From Flectonema sp. DT1601 (Eukaryota), in NCBI GenBank assembly GCA_964019425.1, contig OZ025789.1, positions 62,001 to 126,000 of the forward strand: a stretch of 64,000 bases of DNA. The letters run 5' to 3'. Positions 1 through 15,000 of the stretch are shown here, piece after piece. Within the stretch, counting starts at the first letter, position 1; each line of letters begins with the position of its first letter. The translations under genes were made by a program, and so were the position numbers. The notes beneath the pieces were generated by a model. That model was not told the origin of the DNA and did not search any database. It worked only from the letters and a program-made list of their open reading frames with translations.

Positions 1-3000
1 CCGTCCTTGTGGTTGCAGCATTTCTCGTCAGGGTACACCGCGCACGCCTTTCTGGAGCACGTCAAGCTCTGTTGGCTCCACTGGCACAGCACATCCTTCG
101 AGCACTCCGTTTCGTCCGCGTGCTGGCAAGGGACCCCCACGCAGGTTCCCTCCCCGCACGCCTCGTCCCACTCGCAGCCAGCTTCTTGGTTGCAACTCGT
201 CTTGTCAACTTGCGTGCAACGGGTTTCGATGCACGATCCGTTCACAGTGTCCCAAGTACAGTCGAAAGTGCTGTCCGCAATGCAACTCGGCTCATCCGGG
301 TGCAGGCAAGGGGTGTCGATGCACTTGTTCCCAGTCGCGTTCCACGAGCACTTGTCGTTCTGATCGCATGCGTTCGGATCCGAAATCCCTGGACACACCT
401 CCTTGTTGAAGCACTCCAACACCGTCGAGTTCCAATTGCAGTCGCCCGTCGAGTTCGCACACTGTTCCTGGGTGCAGTGCTTGACACACGGAGAGTCGAG
501 ACACGCGATCAGCACATCAGACCACTTGCATCCCACGTCTGATGAACACGGCACCTTGTTTCCGTAGTTGGGGCAAGGGCGGTGCACCCCGGCCTGTTGG
601 GCCTGCGTTTGCGCCGCAATCGCCGCCTGGTCAACGATGAGGTGTCCCCATGGACCGTTCGGGTCACAGATTCCGTTCAACGCCTTGTCCGGAACCTCGT
701 CGATCATCAGGTTCAAGAAGTGGTCGTCGTGTGGGTCCGACGTGATCGGCTTCAGCGAAGTTTCCGCATCGATGTCATTCTGCGTCAGCTGGTTCGTTCG
801 CCTCACCACGATCCCGAACGTCTGCACATCCATTCCGTCGAGATCGTTCTTCGCCTGCGCGAGCTTATCGTCGTCCTGGATCTTCCCGTCGGTAATGATG
901 ATCAGCACCCTCTTCCTTCCGTCAACAGGCGACGACGACTTGAAGATGCTTCCGGCGCGCACCAGCGCCTTCTCGATGTACGTTCCAGCCTCGAGGTAGT
1001 TTGCCTCGTGCCAGTCAACGTCAGCAGACAGCTCCGCCAAGTCTCCAGTCAACCGCCCCCCGGCTCCGACTCCCACAGGCGGAAAGGCCACCGAGTTCAC
1101 AATATCACCGAACGTGAAGTGCTCAGGGTGTCCGGAAAACTGCACCAGCGCCACACGAAGCTTCTCGGATCCAGCTCCCGAGTTCGACCCGACAACTGCC
1201 TTCTCGCCGCTGAGAGGCAGCGTCTTTACCCAGTCCCGCACCATCTCCATCAGCGCGTAGAACCCGTGAGGATGGCGTCCGAAGTTCTGGCTCATCGAAC
1301 CAGAACCGTCGAGGATCATCACCACGTCCAGCGTCGGGCACTCCCCGTAGGTCACCTTCACGCAAGATCCCTGTTGCGGTTGCGACGCCAACGCCTTCCA
1401 GTAGCATTTCTCGTCCTCAACACAGTCGCACTTCTCGAGCTTGTTGCAGTCTTTCTCGATACACTTCGTCCGGTCCTTGTCCCACGCGCAGTCGCTGTCA
1501 GCTTCGCACGTCGGTTCGTCCCGGAGCTTCGCGCACGGCTTCTCCACGCACATCGCCGGGGAGATCGACGGGTTCCAGTGGCAGTCCTCAATCCTGTCGC
1601 ACTGGATCTCGGTCATGTACTCCGTGCATTTCTTCTGTACACACCCCGTCGAGTTGGTGTTGTTGTTGTTGTCCTTCCACTCGCAGTACGGGTCAGCCAC
1701 GCAAGGGTCCTTGCGGTCCGCCTTGCATTTCTCTTCCACACACGTTCCGGCGGTAACTTCAACCCGTCCACTGGCGTCCTTCGGGTCCACGCAAAGCTCC
1801 CCAACTCCTCCCCATTCGCAGATGTACCCGTCGATTCGCTGGTGGTCACCTGGGAAGTCGTTCCACTCGCCCGAAGGCCAGCGGAAGTGCGCGTAGTTCT
1901 CTCCCTCGGTAGCACACGATCCCGGACACGCTCCCTTGTAGTTGTTCGGCTCCCCCGCTTCCCAATTCGTGTACATCGGCTTCCCGGTATTCGCATCTGT
2001 CGCCGCGACGAAGCTTCCCCCGCTTCCGCTTCCAATCACCAGACCCACCTGTGATGTCAGGTCGCATCCGCTTTGGTCGGCGGCGTAGGTACACCCGCCG
2101 TCCAATCCCTCCGGTCCGACAACCCATCCCCACCGTCCTTCGTCATTCTTGTCCGCCGCTCCCATCCATCCCTGGCCCTCGAGCTTCATCTTCGCCACCT
2201 GATCTTCCTCCTCCGAGGTGATGGTGATCAGGTACCCGCGGAGTCCCAGGATCATGTTGTCGGCGGATTCGCACTCTGCCTGCGCCTGTCCCCAGTGGCA
2301 CTCGCTCGCCGTAGGGTCGACGTTCTGGCATTCCGTCTTCGAGAAATAGTGGTAGTAGTGTCCAGTCGCTGACGACAGGAACCCGTGACCGTAGTTCCAA
2401 GTGATCTTTCTCGGAGATCCGGCGTCCGACGTCGTCGTGAAGGTCACCGTCGCGATCGCCGCAGCGTACTCGGCCATCGTCTTCGCCGTCGTCGACTTCA
2501 AGTACAAGACTCCAGGAACGTCGTGCCACTCTGCCTCGAACCCGAGGCCCGCGCACTGGTCGCAGGCGAGCACGTCTTTCCCCTTCACGTATCCCTCTTC
2601 GACATCAACTGCTGCTCCCTTCACGGTGTCCGAGCAGCTGCACTTCCCCGAAACGGTGCAGCTCACCGTCGGGAACGGAACCATCGGTTGTCCACGGGCG
2701 TACGCCGACACAGTCGAGTTCAAAGGAATCGTCGTCTGCCACACGCATCCATCTTGCGACGCGACGCATGGTCCCTCCTCAGTCTCCTTGCAAGGGGTCT
2801 CAGTACATTCCTGGTTAAGGTTGTTCCACACGCAGTCATCTGGATCAGCGAGGCATCCCTGTTCGTTGTCTCGGTTGCACTTCTTGTCCACACATGTTGA
2901 CCCGTCCTTGTCAACCTGGCAGTCCTTCTGCTTCTTGCAATCCTCTGGCTTTCCAGTGTAGATCTCGCACCCCGTCTTCGGTTCCCGCACGCAGATCGTT

Positions 3001-6000
3001 CCGTTTGCCCACATGCACCCGTTCGCGGCATCTGCCGTGCAGTTCTTCTCCTCGCAGTGGTGCAGACACGGACTGTCACCGCACGAAAGAGAGTTGTCGA
3101 ACCACACGCATCCAGGGTCCGCCAAGCAACCCGCCTGCCGCAAATGCTGCGGGCAAGGTTGGTGTACGCCTCCGCTCGCAGGGTTCGCTCCCCCCGATCC
3201 CTGTTGGGCCGCCTGTCCAAGAACCAGCGATCCGAAAACGCCGTTCGGGTCACAGATGTCGCCGAGCACCTTCTCCGGAACCTCATCAATCTGCAGGTTC
3301 TGGAAGTGAGCGTCATGCGGGTTCGACGTAATAGGCTTCAGCGTCTCCTCCGCGTCGAGGTCAGCCTTCGTGTGCTGGGCGCTCCTACGAACAACCACAC
3401 CGAACACCTTCACCTGCTCGGTGTCGAGCTCGGACCGCGCTTGCTGCAGAGTGTTCGGGTCGTAGATCCGACCATCGGTGATGATGATCAGCACCCTCTG
3501 TCTTCCGTCGTTTGGAGACTGGTGGAACATGTCGGCCGACATCTGGAGACCCTTCTGGATCATCGTTCCTCTGGAGTAGTAATTCGCCTCGTGCCAGTCA
3601 ACATCCGCGCTCAGCTCGTCGAAGTCTCCCGACAGCCTCGTCTCGGTTCCGGTTCCTGGAGGGGTCCCCTTCGCGTCCGCCCGTCCACTCGATGGGCCGT
3701 TCTTGTTCTTCCCCGAGAACTGGATCAATCCCACTCGGACCTCGCCCGTGTTGGCAGCAGAGTTCAGGCCCACGTCTGCCTTCTCACCGTTCAGTGGCAA
3801 CGTCTTCATCCAGTCGCGGAGCATCTCCATCAGTCCGTAGAATCCATGCGGGTGGCGTCCGAAGGGCGCGGACATCGATCCAGACCCATCCAGCAGCAGC
3901 ACCAGGTCGAGCGTCGGGCACTGACCGAACTTGGTCTCAGTACAGAACGGTGTCGGAGCAAGTGAGTTCCAGAAGCACTTCGTCTCCGCCAAACAGTCGC
4001 AGCGGTCGAGGTCCTTGCAAACCTTGTCAACACACTCGGTCGAGCTGTCGTTGAACGTGCACAGCGGGTCGGTGTTGCACGCCGGCTTGTCCTGGTTCAT
4101 CGTCGCGCAGTGCTTCACGCTGCACTGCGCCGGTGTCAGCGACACGTCCCAGTGGCAAGACGAGTCCTTGTCACAACATCTTTCGTCCGAGTGGACCGTG
4201 CACTGCTTCAGACCACATGCGTTGCTTTTCCACTCGCAATGCTGGTCCGAATTGCAAGCCTGCTCCGTCAGTGCAGGGGCTCCAGGAGCCGCCGCACAAC
4301 GCTTCTTGATGCACTGGGCTCCGTCCGTCACACCGTCGCACCCGTCCCACTCGCAGAGCGCATCGCTGTTGCACGCGCTCGAGTTCGTGTGTTTGCACGG
4401 CTTCTCCACGCACATTTGCTGAAGGCCGTCCCACTCGCAACCATTTGGATCGAGGTCGCATTCCGCCTCCGTCTGCTGGTTGCAGATACGCTCCTCGCAG
4501 TCCCTCTTCGTCTGGTTCCAGTCGCACTTCTGGTCCTTTTCGCAAGTCACGTCATCCTGGTACGAGCACAACGGATTCTTCCAGCATCCCTCGAGACCGG
4601 CCACCGACGCGTTCCAGTAGCAGTCGTTTAGCGTATCGGCTGTGCACCGAGTTTCGTTGCAGTGCTCCACGCACGGCGAGTCAACACACTCGAGTCCGAT
4701 CGAGCTGAACACGCACCCAGCGTCCGCCGTGCACAGCACCTGGTCCACGTACTGCGGGCACGGCTTGTGCACTCCAGACTGGTTCTGCGCCGCTGCTCCC
4801 GGCAGCAGGAGGGCTCCCCACTTGCTGTTCGGGTCGCAGAGCCCGTTCAACACCGTGGTTGGCAGCTCGTCGATCATCAGATTCTCAAAATGGTCGTCGT
4901 GAGGATCAGACGTGATCGGCTTCAGCTTCTCCTCCGCGAGGGTGTCCACTGATGTATGTGTTGCCTGCCTACGGAGAACCACTCCGAACACCTCAACGCT
5001 TTCCTGGTTCAGAGTCGCCCTCGCTGATGCGAGCTTGTCATCATCCTTGATCGCACCGTCGGTGATGATGATCAGCACCCGCTTCCTCCCCGCGGGGCTC
5101 GCGCGGAACATGTCCCCGGCCCATCCGAGACCCTGGTTGATGTACGTACCCGCCTGCAAATAGTTCGCCTCGTGGTAGTCGATGTCTGACTGCAACTCCG
5201 TCAGCTTTCCAGTCAACGACCCGAACGAACCGACTCCGATAGGGCTCTTGATCGCCGCCTTGTCTACAGCCGTTCCGCCGCTGATAGGGATTCCAGAGAA
5301 CTGGATCACCCCCATGCGCATTCCTCCGTTCGGCGCCGTCGAGTTCGCCCCCACCTGGTGGCTCTCCCCGGTCAGCGGCAAGGTCTTCACCCAGTCACGA
5401 ATCATCTCCATCATCGCGTAGAACCCGTTCGGATGGCGTCCGAAGTTCTGCGACATCGATCCTGATCCGTCCAGCAACAACACCACGTCGAGCGTAGGGC
5501 ACTGCCCGTAACGGTTCTCCACACATTTCCCGCTTCCCGAAGACGTGTCCCAGAAGCACTTCGGCTCCGCCTTGCAGTCGCATCTCTCGAACGGATCGCA
5601 CACCTTATCAACGCAGCGGTTGGCCCCGTCGTCCCACACGCAGTCGTCCTTCACGTTGCACGTCGTCGGATCCTTGTTTTTGTTGCAGATCTTCTCCGTG
5701 CAGAGCGACGGCGACACGGTCACGTCCCAGTGGCAGACCGGGTCCTTGTCGCACTCCTTCTCGTTCGGAATTTCGACGCACGGCGCCACCACGCACGGCT
5801 CGACATTTCCTCCCACCCACGAGCACTTGGGGTTGGCTTTGCAGTCTGTTTCCGTGTCGTTCACGCAGGCCTTCTCCACGCACACTCCAGCAACCAAGTC
5901 CGTCACTCCCGTCGCGTCGCTCACGTCGGCGCACATCTCACCGATTCCTCCCCATTCGCAGATGTACCCGTCGATTCGCTGGTGGTCTCCCGGGTAGTCG

Positions 6001-9000
6001 TTCCATTCGCCCGAAGGCCACAGGAAGTGTCCGAAGTCCTCACCGTCCTTGACGCACGATCCCGGGCACGGTCCGCGGAAGTCATTCGGCTCGTTGTTTG
6101 CCCAATTTCCGTACATGTCCCTCCCGGTGTTCGGGTCAACCGCCGGCGCGAAGTTGCCCCCGGTACCGGAACCGAACGGCAATCCCTTCTCAGAAGCGAG
6201 GTTGCATGAGCTGCTGGTACTCGAATACTGACACCCTCCGGCAGCTCCCTCTGGTCCAGTAACCCAGCTCCATGTTCCTTCCTCGCCAACGTCGCTTGCT
6301 CCCATCCATCCCTGACCTTCCAGCTTCATCCTCGCTACCTCGTCTTCCACCTCGCTCGTGATGGTGATCAAGTACCCGCGGAGTCCCAGAATCTGGTTCG
6401 AGTCCGAAGCGCATTGTTCCTGGGCATCGCTCCACGTGCACGCCCCGCCAGCGCAAGTCGACTTCGGGTAGAAGTGGTAGAAGCTGCCAGTGTGCGACGA
6501 GTAGAATCCGTGACCGTAGTTCCAAGTGATCCTCCTCTTCCCGGAGTTGTCTGCAGAAGTGCTGAACTCGATGCTGGCAACCGCCTTCGCCAACTCATCC
6601 GCCGTTCCGGTCGAAATCGTCAGCATCCCGCTCACCGCGTGCCACTCGGCCGTCAGCCCCAGCGACTTGCAAGCAACACAAGTCAGCGTGTCCTTCCCGC
6701 TCAGATATCCGTCCTCGATGTCTACCGTCGCTCCCGGAAGCACATTCGAACCAATCGTCGTCGTGCAGCTGCACCCGTTCTTCCAGCTCCCAGGGGTCTG
6801 GCAGGTCAGTCCCTCGAACGGCTTCACCGCAACGTCCTTCTCATACGTCATTTGATTCGCGAGGTTCCCAACTGCCCCAGAGCCACTCGACCAGTCACAC
6901 ATCGGGTCCGCCGCGCAGTCAGACTGCTTATCGTGAAGGCACGGCTTCCTCGAGCACCCAGGCGTCGGGAGATCCTTCCACTCGCATCCCTCAGGGTCCG
7001 ACAAACACGTCTGCTCGTTGTCGTGCTTGCACGGGTCGTTGGTGCACTCTGCGGCCTTCGCAATCGAGAAGTCGCTCGACGGCGGCGGGCACACGCATCT
7101 CCAATCGTCGGTGCTGTTCACCGAAGTGTTCGGATCGAAGCAAGTCTGCTGGCAGTCCAGGCTTCCCGCCCGACAGTCTACCGTGCACTTGAACCCGTTC
7201 GTGTCGCACTCGTCCTCCTCACATTTGGCAGGCTTCCCAGTCGCCACGTTCGACGACGGAGGTGGGCACTTGCAGAGCCAGTCATTCGTCGACTGCAAAG
7301 TCATCTTGGGGTCCTCGCACTCCTGTCCGGCATCAGAGCAAGTGCTTCCCGCGCAAGTAGGGCACGTCTGCACGCACTCGTCGAGAACACACTTCGCCTG
7401 CTGCGTTATCGCGATCCCGACTGACGGTGGCGGACACATGCATTCCCAGTCGTGCAACTTCGCGGCGTTCGGGTCCCGACACGTCTGCCCGACTGCTCTA
7501 CACGTAGCTCCGTTCTCAACACACTCGTCGACTTCGCAAGTCGCCACCGGAGCTCCGGTCATCACCCCCGAGGTCGGCGGCGGGCACTCGCACTTGAAGT
7601 CCTTCTGCGGAGGACACGTCTTCACGCTGTCGAAACAAGTCTGTCCAGCCACCAAGCAAATCGTATTGTTTCGGCACTCGTCGCACACGCAGTCCGCCTG
7701 CTTTGCCGTTGCCACTCCCCTCCCTGGGTCGACGCACGTGCACATCCAGTCAGAGACCGAGTCAACCGACTTGTTCGGATCCTCGCACGTTTGCCCAACG
7801 CTGGTGCACGTGTGCGAGCCACCCTGTTGCGTCTGCGCACAGGTCGAGCACACGGCCACGCACTCGTCCAACTGGCACTTGGCAGGAGCCGCCACCGCAG
7901 GGGTTCCCACCTGCGGTGGCACGCATTCACAGGTCCAGTCCCCGAGGTCCGTGTGCGACTGCTTGTTGTCCACGCACAGCTGTCCCTCCGCCGAGCACAC
8001 GTTGGTCGGGCTGGTGTCGGTTTGCGCGCAGGTAGGGCAGGTCACGACGCACTCGTCCAACAAGCAGTCGGTCGGCGTTCCCAAAGTCACGTTTGTTCCG
8101 ATTGCCGGTGGGGCGCACATGCATACCCAGTTTCCATCAACCATCGGGTTTGGGTCGTCGCACACGAACCCGAGATCCGTGCACTTCTTCTTCGCATCAT
8201 CATCGGTGTTGCATTCTCCCGGATACTCGCAGTGCGCAGGAACCTGTTGCCCGCGTACCGCCGCAACCGCAGGAGGAACCACGCACACGCACTCCCAGGT
8301 TCCCCTCGTCTTCTTGTCGTCGTCAACGCAGACCTGTCCAGCTGCGGTGCACACCTTCTCGTTCTTTGGGTCGTGGCACTCGTCGTCTTCACACGGCGTT
8401 GCAGCTGCGGCAATCGCGATGTCCGTCGCCGGAGGCGGACATTTGCACACCCAATCCGACAGCGAGGTCGCGTCGTGGTTCGGGTCGTGGCAGGTCTGGT
8501 TCTGGCTCGAACACGTGTCGTTCGCACACGTGGCGCACACCTTCAGACACTCGTCGATATTGCAGTGCGCAGGTGCCGCGTGACCTAACCCTGTCATGGG
8601 AGGGATGCACTCGCATGTCCAATCTCCAGTCGAGGAAGCGGTCTTATCCGGATCGTGGCATTTCTGCTCGCCGGTTGTCGCAGTCTTGCAGACGTCCTTC
8701 TCGCAAGTCGGGCAGTCCTTCTCGCACTCATCCAGCAAGCAGATCGCTGGTCCCGCGGTCATCGTTCCGTTTGTCGGCGGAAGGCACTCGCACTTCCAGT
8801 CTCCCTGCTGATTAAAGTTTGGATCGACGCACCGCTGCCCGACGTTCGCGCAGATGTCCCCGTGGAGCGTGCACTCGTCAACTTTACAGTCTGCACGACC
8901 CCCGACGTTCGTCTTGTTCGAAGGCGGCGGGCAGATGCACATCCAGTCTCCCTTCGAAGCGGCGTTCATGTTTGGGTCGAGGCAAGTCTGATTCTTGCAC

Positions 9001-12000
9001 GTGTCTTGCTGGACCACACACTCGTCGATCTTGCAGTCCGCCGCTGCCGCCGTCGCCTTTCCAGTCGATGGTGGAGGGCACGTGCACGTCCAGTCGCTGT
9101 GGTGCGTCATCGTCGGGTTCGGGTCATTGCAAGTCTGCCCCACGCTCGTGCACGTGTCGTTCGCACACGTTGGGCAGGTCGCCACGCACTCGTCGAGCCT
9201 GCAGTTCGCCGGCAGCTGCGAAGGCTGCGCCCCCGAAGGGAAGATCGTCGTCGGCGGGATGCAGTCACACACGTAGTCGTCTGGCGAACACGGATCCTTG
9301 TTCGGATCGCTGCAGCTCTGTCCAACCGCCGTGCATCCAACTCCCTTGGTCTTGCACTCATCGTAGATGCACTTGTTGCTTTCCCACGTGCATCTCGCGT
9401 CAGCGTTGCACTGCTGCTCGTTGTACTGCGGGTCATTCGTAACGAACTTACATGGACAGGTCGGGTCCTCGGCCTTCGAGCACGTCGCGTTCTGCGAGTT
9501 CCAAGTGCAGTTGTTTCCCTTGTCGTTCCTGCAATCCGGTTCCAGACAGTGCATCAAGCATGGCGAGTTCACGCACAGCCCACCGACATCCGACCACACG
9601 CACCCCGCGTCCTGGGAGCACGGCGTCTCCGTCACGTAGTCCGGGCAAGGGTGGTGCACCCCGGTCGTCGGCTTTGGAGGGTCTTTCGCGATCAAGTGTC
9701 CCCACGGACCGTTCGGGTCGCAGATCGATCCAATCAGGTCTGGGATGTCGTCGATCATGATGTTGCGGAAGTGCTCGTCATGCGGGTCTGATGTGATCGG
9801 CTTCAGGGTCTTCTCGGCGTCAAGGTCGGCTTTCGTGTGCTGATCCTTCTTCCTCACAACGATACCAAAAGTCTGCACACCCTCACGGTCGAGCTCAGCG
9901 CGAGCAGGTGCCAGCGACTGCTCATCGTAGATCCTACCGTCGGTGAAGATGAACAGGACGCGCTGCCTTCCGTCCACCGGTGAACCGTGGAAGATGTCCC
10001 CGGCCATTACCAGCGCCTTCTCAATCATCGTTCCCTTCTTGTAGTAGTTGTTCTCGTGGAAGTCGAGGTCCGCGTCCAGCTCCCCCAGCACCCCGGACAG
10101 CCTTCCGTTGGTCGTCCTGGCACCCGAAGCCGTCTTCGCTTGGCTGCGGCGGTAGTTCTTCCCAGAGAACTGCACGAAGGCGACACGCACCCCGCCATTG
10201 TTCGCTGCCGAGTTCAGCCCGACAGACGCGTCCTCGCCGTTCAGCGGTAGCTTCCCGACCCAATCCCTCATCATCTCTACCAGCGCGTAGAACCCGTGCG
10301 GATGGCTCCCGAAGGTCGATGCCATCGATCCCGATCCGTCGAGGATCACACCGATGTCGAGAGTTGGGCACTCTCCGAACTCAATCGCCACGCACTGCCC
10401 CTGACCGTTCAATCCCGCTCCCGGTTTCCAGTAGCACTTCGAGTTCTTGTCGCAAGGACAGCGGGTCGGGTACTTGCTGCAGTCGAGGTCCCTGCACGTT
10501 CTCTTCGCATCGTCCCACATGCAATCAGTTTCGTTGTTGCACGTGTCCTTGACCCCGATCTTCGGACACTTCTTGTCCCCACACACCGGAGGGGTCACAG
10601 TGATGTCCCACTTGCATGCATCCTTGTGGTCGCAGCATCTTTCGTCGAGGTATTTCGCGCACAAGTTCTCCTTGCAGCTACCGACGACCCCGGTGGCGTC
10701 CCACGAGCAGCGCGAATCCGCCGTGCACTCCCCCGCGTTCGTGTGCTTGCACAGGACCTCCTTGCACGACGACCTCGTGCCGTTGCAGGCGTCCGCCGAC
10801 CACGCGCAGTTCGGATCCGTCTCACAGGTAGTCTTATCCGGGTGCCGGCACTTCTTCTCCACGCACTGGTCCTTCCCCCGCACGTTGATCCACTCGCAGC
10901 TGTCGGGGTCGTCCAAGCAGTCCTGAATGTTGGTGTTCGGCGTGCACTTCTCCTTCTGGCACTTCGGGTCCTTAACGTTGTCCCACACGCACTTCTCTGG
11001 CGACTTCACGCACTCGGCAATCGTGGTGTACGCGCATTCAGTCTTCTTCCAACAATCCCCAGTCGTCGAGTTCCACGCACACAGGTTCACCGTGTCGGCC
11101 GTGCACGTAGGATTGTCACAGTGCGCTGTGCACGGGGAGTCGGCGCAAGCCGTCGATGCCGTGTCCCACACGCACCCGGCGTCCTGCGTGCAATCGTGCG
11201 TGTCGGTGTAGTGATCGCACGGCTTGTGCAACCCACTCTGCCCAGGTGCGTTCGTCGACGACACAATCAAGTGTCCCCACACTCCGTTCGGATCGCAGAT
11301 GTCCGCGAACACCTGCGACGCCACCTCGTCGATCTGCAAGTTCTGGAAGTGGTCATCGTGTGGGTCTGACGTGATTGGCTTCAGCGTTTTCTCGGCATCA
11401 GTGTCGGCCTTCGTGTGTCCGGATTGGCGACGCAGCACGATACCAAAGGTCTGCACCTGCTCCTGGTTCAGTACCTGTCTTGCCGGGGCCAGCACATCCG
11501 GGTCGTAGATCTTTCCGTCGGTGACGATGATCAGAATTCTCTTCCTCGAGCTCACCTTGTGCGAACGATCGAACATGTCACCGACCATTTCAAGACCCAG
11601 CTGGATCATCGTACCCTTTCCGAGGTAGTTGTTCTCATGCCAGTCAAGGTCGTCGTTAATCTCACTTTCGAGACCACTGAGATGTCCTCCAGTGCCAGTA
11701 TTTCCTCTAGTTTCGATGGCGTTGCTGCTTCCCCGAGACCACGGCCAAGGCCATCCGCGATTCTTCCCAGAGAATTGCACGAAACCGAGACGCACACCTC
11801 CCGTCAACGGACCTCCCGGCGTAGGCGACGCCGCCGGCTCCCCAGTCAGCGGAAGGGTCTTCACCCAATCACGGAGAATCTCGACTAAAGCGTAGAACCC
11901 GTGCGGGTGACGTCCGAAGTTCCTCGACATTGATCCCGAACCGTCGAGCAGCAGGATGATGTCCATCACAGGGCACTCCCCATATTTCTTGTCAGCGCAC

Positions 12001-15000
12001 TTCACACCACTCCAGAAGCAGTCTGGATCTTTCTTACACGCGCATTCTTCCATCTTGTTGCACACCTTGTCCACACACTCATTCTTCGTGCTGTTCCACA
12101 TGCATAATCCGTCGCCATTACATGGGTCTACGTGTGCGGTAGTCGGGTACGTCGATGGGCAGTACTTTTGCTTGCACACCGCAGGCGCCTGGCTGACATC
12201 CCAGTGACAGCTGTCGTCGTGGTCACAGCACTTTTCATCCGGGTAGTTCACGCACGGAGCAGGCTCGCAAGACAGCTGCTGGCTCCACACGCAGTAGATG
12301 TCCGCCTGGCAACCTGCCTGATTCTTGTGGCTGTCGAGGGTGCACCTCTTCGGAACACACTTCTGGTCCACCGGGTCTGCGCACACGTCGTCCCAAGTGC
12401 AGGCCGGATCAGCTACGCACTCGGTTTTGTTGTAGTAGCAAGGCGTCTTCACGCAGTCTGGCGGTCGCAGGCTTGTGTCCCACATGCACTTCTCTCCGAG
12501 ATTCACGCAAGCATCCTCCGTTGTTGCATCGCACTCCGGCTCGAAGCAAGCAGGGTCCTTCGCCTGATCCCATTGGCACTTGTTTGACTTGCAGTCCGGC
12601 TGGTTCTGGAAGTCTTTGCACACAGCCTTCTCGCACTCGGAGGTTGCGCTCCACAAGCATTTGTTCGTCGGATCGGTTGTGCAATTTTTCTCCTCACAGT
12701 GCGAGAAGCAAGGGTGGTCCTCACATTTTAGGCTGATGGAATTCCACTGGCACGTTTTCTCCGCGTCGCAACTCACCAACGCTCCAATTTGGCTGCAAGT
12801 TGTCACCTGTGGAGTCGAAGATCCCTGCGTGATGTACGTTCCGAACGGGCTGTTTGGATCACAGAAACCGTCCATAATCGAAAGTGCTTCGTCCACTTGC
12901 AGTGAAAGGGCGTGTGTTTCTTTAGGGTTGGAAACAATCTCCTTCAACGTCACCAAGTTCGCCATGTCACGTGCGGTCGCGCTCGCTCGGCGTCTAAGGA
13001 GGATCCCGAATACCTTTACTCCCTCCGCTGCCAATACCCGACCGGCAGGTCCAAGCTCATCCTTGTCCATGATCCTTCCATCGGTGATGATCAGCAGCAC
13101 CTTCTGTCTATGCGCCGGTGATTCCTTGAAGATCTCACCTGCCCACTCCTCCGCCTCCTTCACCTTCGTCTTGCACCGGAGAGCTTCTCCCTCGTACCAG
13201 TCGAGGTCCCCAAGGAGCTGGCTCCTGTCACCGGTCAACTTTCCGCACGTGTCAGCCACAGCCGGAGTCGTTCCCGGAATGATACTCAGCGTTGGGATAC
13301 CGTCTCCCTTCGTCACCCCATTCTTAGGATTGCATGAGCACGTAGGGCACTGCGCAACGCGAACTCCTGTGTCCCACGAGTTGAAGGCCACACGAAGCTT
13401 TCCTCCCTTGACGTCCGAGCTGATCCCCTTGGTCGAATCCTCGCCGGTCAGGGGAACCTTCTGTACCCAGTCCCTCATCACCTCCATCAGAGCATCAAAC
13501 CCGCTAGGGTGACGCCCGAATGTCTTGTCCATCGAGCACGATGCGTCAAACGACACCACCACGTCGAGGTCGGGGCAGCTCGAGTACTTCTGATCCACAC
13601 AAACTATAGGGCTCACCGACCTGTCGACGATGCAGCGAGGGTCCTCCGTGCACAGACACACCATGTCCTTAGCATCGAACAGCGCCGGTTTGTTGTAGTC
13701 ACTGCACAACTTGTCCACGCATTTGTTCGCAGCATCATCCCACCTGCACAATCCCTTCTGGTCAGTGTTGCAGCTGTCCTTGCCCGTGTGCTTGTCGAAG
13801 CAGTACTTCTCCACACACAACCCACACCCAACAGCGTCCCAGTCACAGTCCGTGTCACGGCTGCACGTCACCTCGTCAGCGTGTTTGTAGCACTTCGTCT
13901 CAGCACAAGCCGCACCGTCCCAGTTGCACGCGGTATCCGCGAGGCACTCCGCCTGAATCGTCCCCGTGCAGCGCTTCTTGTGGCACAGCGGGTTCGCCCC
14001 GTCCCCCCACTCACATTCAGGATCCCGACTGTTCTCACATGAGCCCTGGTCGGTAAACTGACAAACCTTGTTGATGCACGAGTCGCTCACGCAGTCCCAG
14101 TCGCACAACCCGCTCGGGTCAGCCAAGCACTTCTGCTCATCCTTGGTCTGGGTGCAGTCCGGCACCGTCGGGTTGCAGGTGCCAGTCGAATAATCCCACT
14201 TGCACTTGTCGTCGGCGTTGCAGGGCCCAGGCGCGAAGTGTTGGCATTTCTTTGGATCACACTCTGCCGGCACCTTCGTTGTGTTCCAGTCGCACAGATC
14301 GTCCTGAACGCAATCCTGCTGCTTTGGGTACTCGCAAACCTCGCGCTGGCACTTGTCCTGGTCCCAGAAGCATCCAGTTGCCCTATCACACTCCGGCTTG
14401 AGGCAGTGCTTCTCGCATTCAGTCGTCACACACATTCCGTTCGCCGTGTTCCGCGCTCCCGCCGTGCAAGTCACCGACCCTCCGGCGAGCATGCAATTCT
14501 CGCAAACGAATCCGGAAGCCTTCTGCGTCGCCGAAAGCTCCAAGCAGTTCAGGTTCAGGCACCCATCGGCCGCAGCACACTTCTGGGGAACCTGGTCCTG
14601 CCAGTCGCATGCCTGGTCCGCACGGCACTCCAGCTTCACTCCCCACTTCGAACACGGGACAGAAGCACCGGTCGCCGGCGGTGTCGTTGAGCCTCCCCCC
14701 TGGTTCTGGTGCGCCTGGATTGCTGCCCCAAAGCGGCCAGCAGGGTCGCAGAAGTCCTTGAACACCTCCTCCAACATGTCGTCCAGCGGAACGTTCACAA
14801 AGTGGTCATCGTGCGGATCCGAAGTGATCGGCTTCAGGGTTTTTTCCGCATCCAAGTCATCCTTCGTGTGTGCAGCACTCTTGCGTACCACTACACCGAA
14901 AGTGATCACATCCATCGCATCCAAGTTCTGTCGGATCCGTGGGATCTCGACACTGCTCTGCGGCTCCTTCGGGTTCATCGCCCCGTCGGTGATGACGATC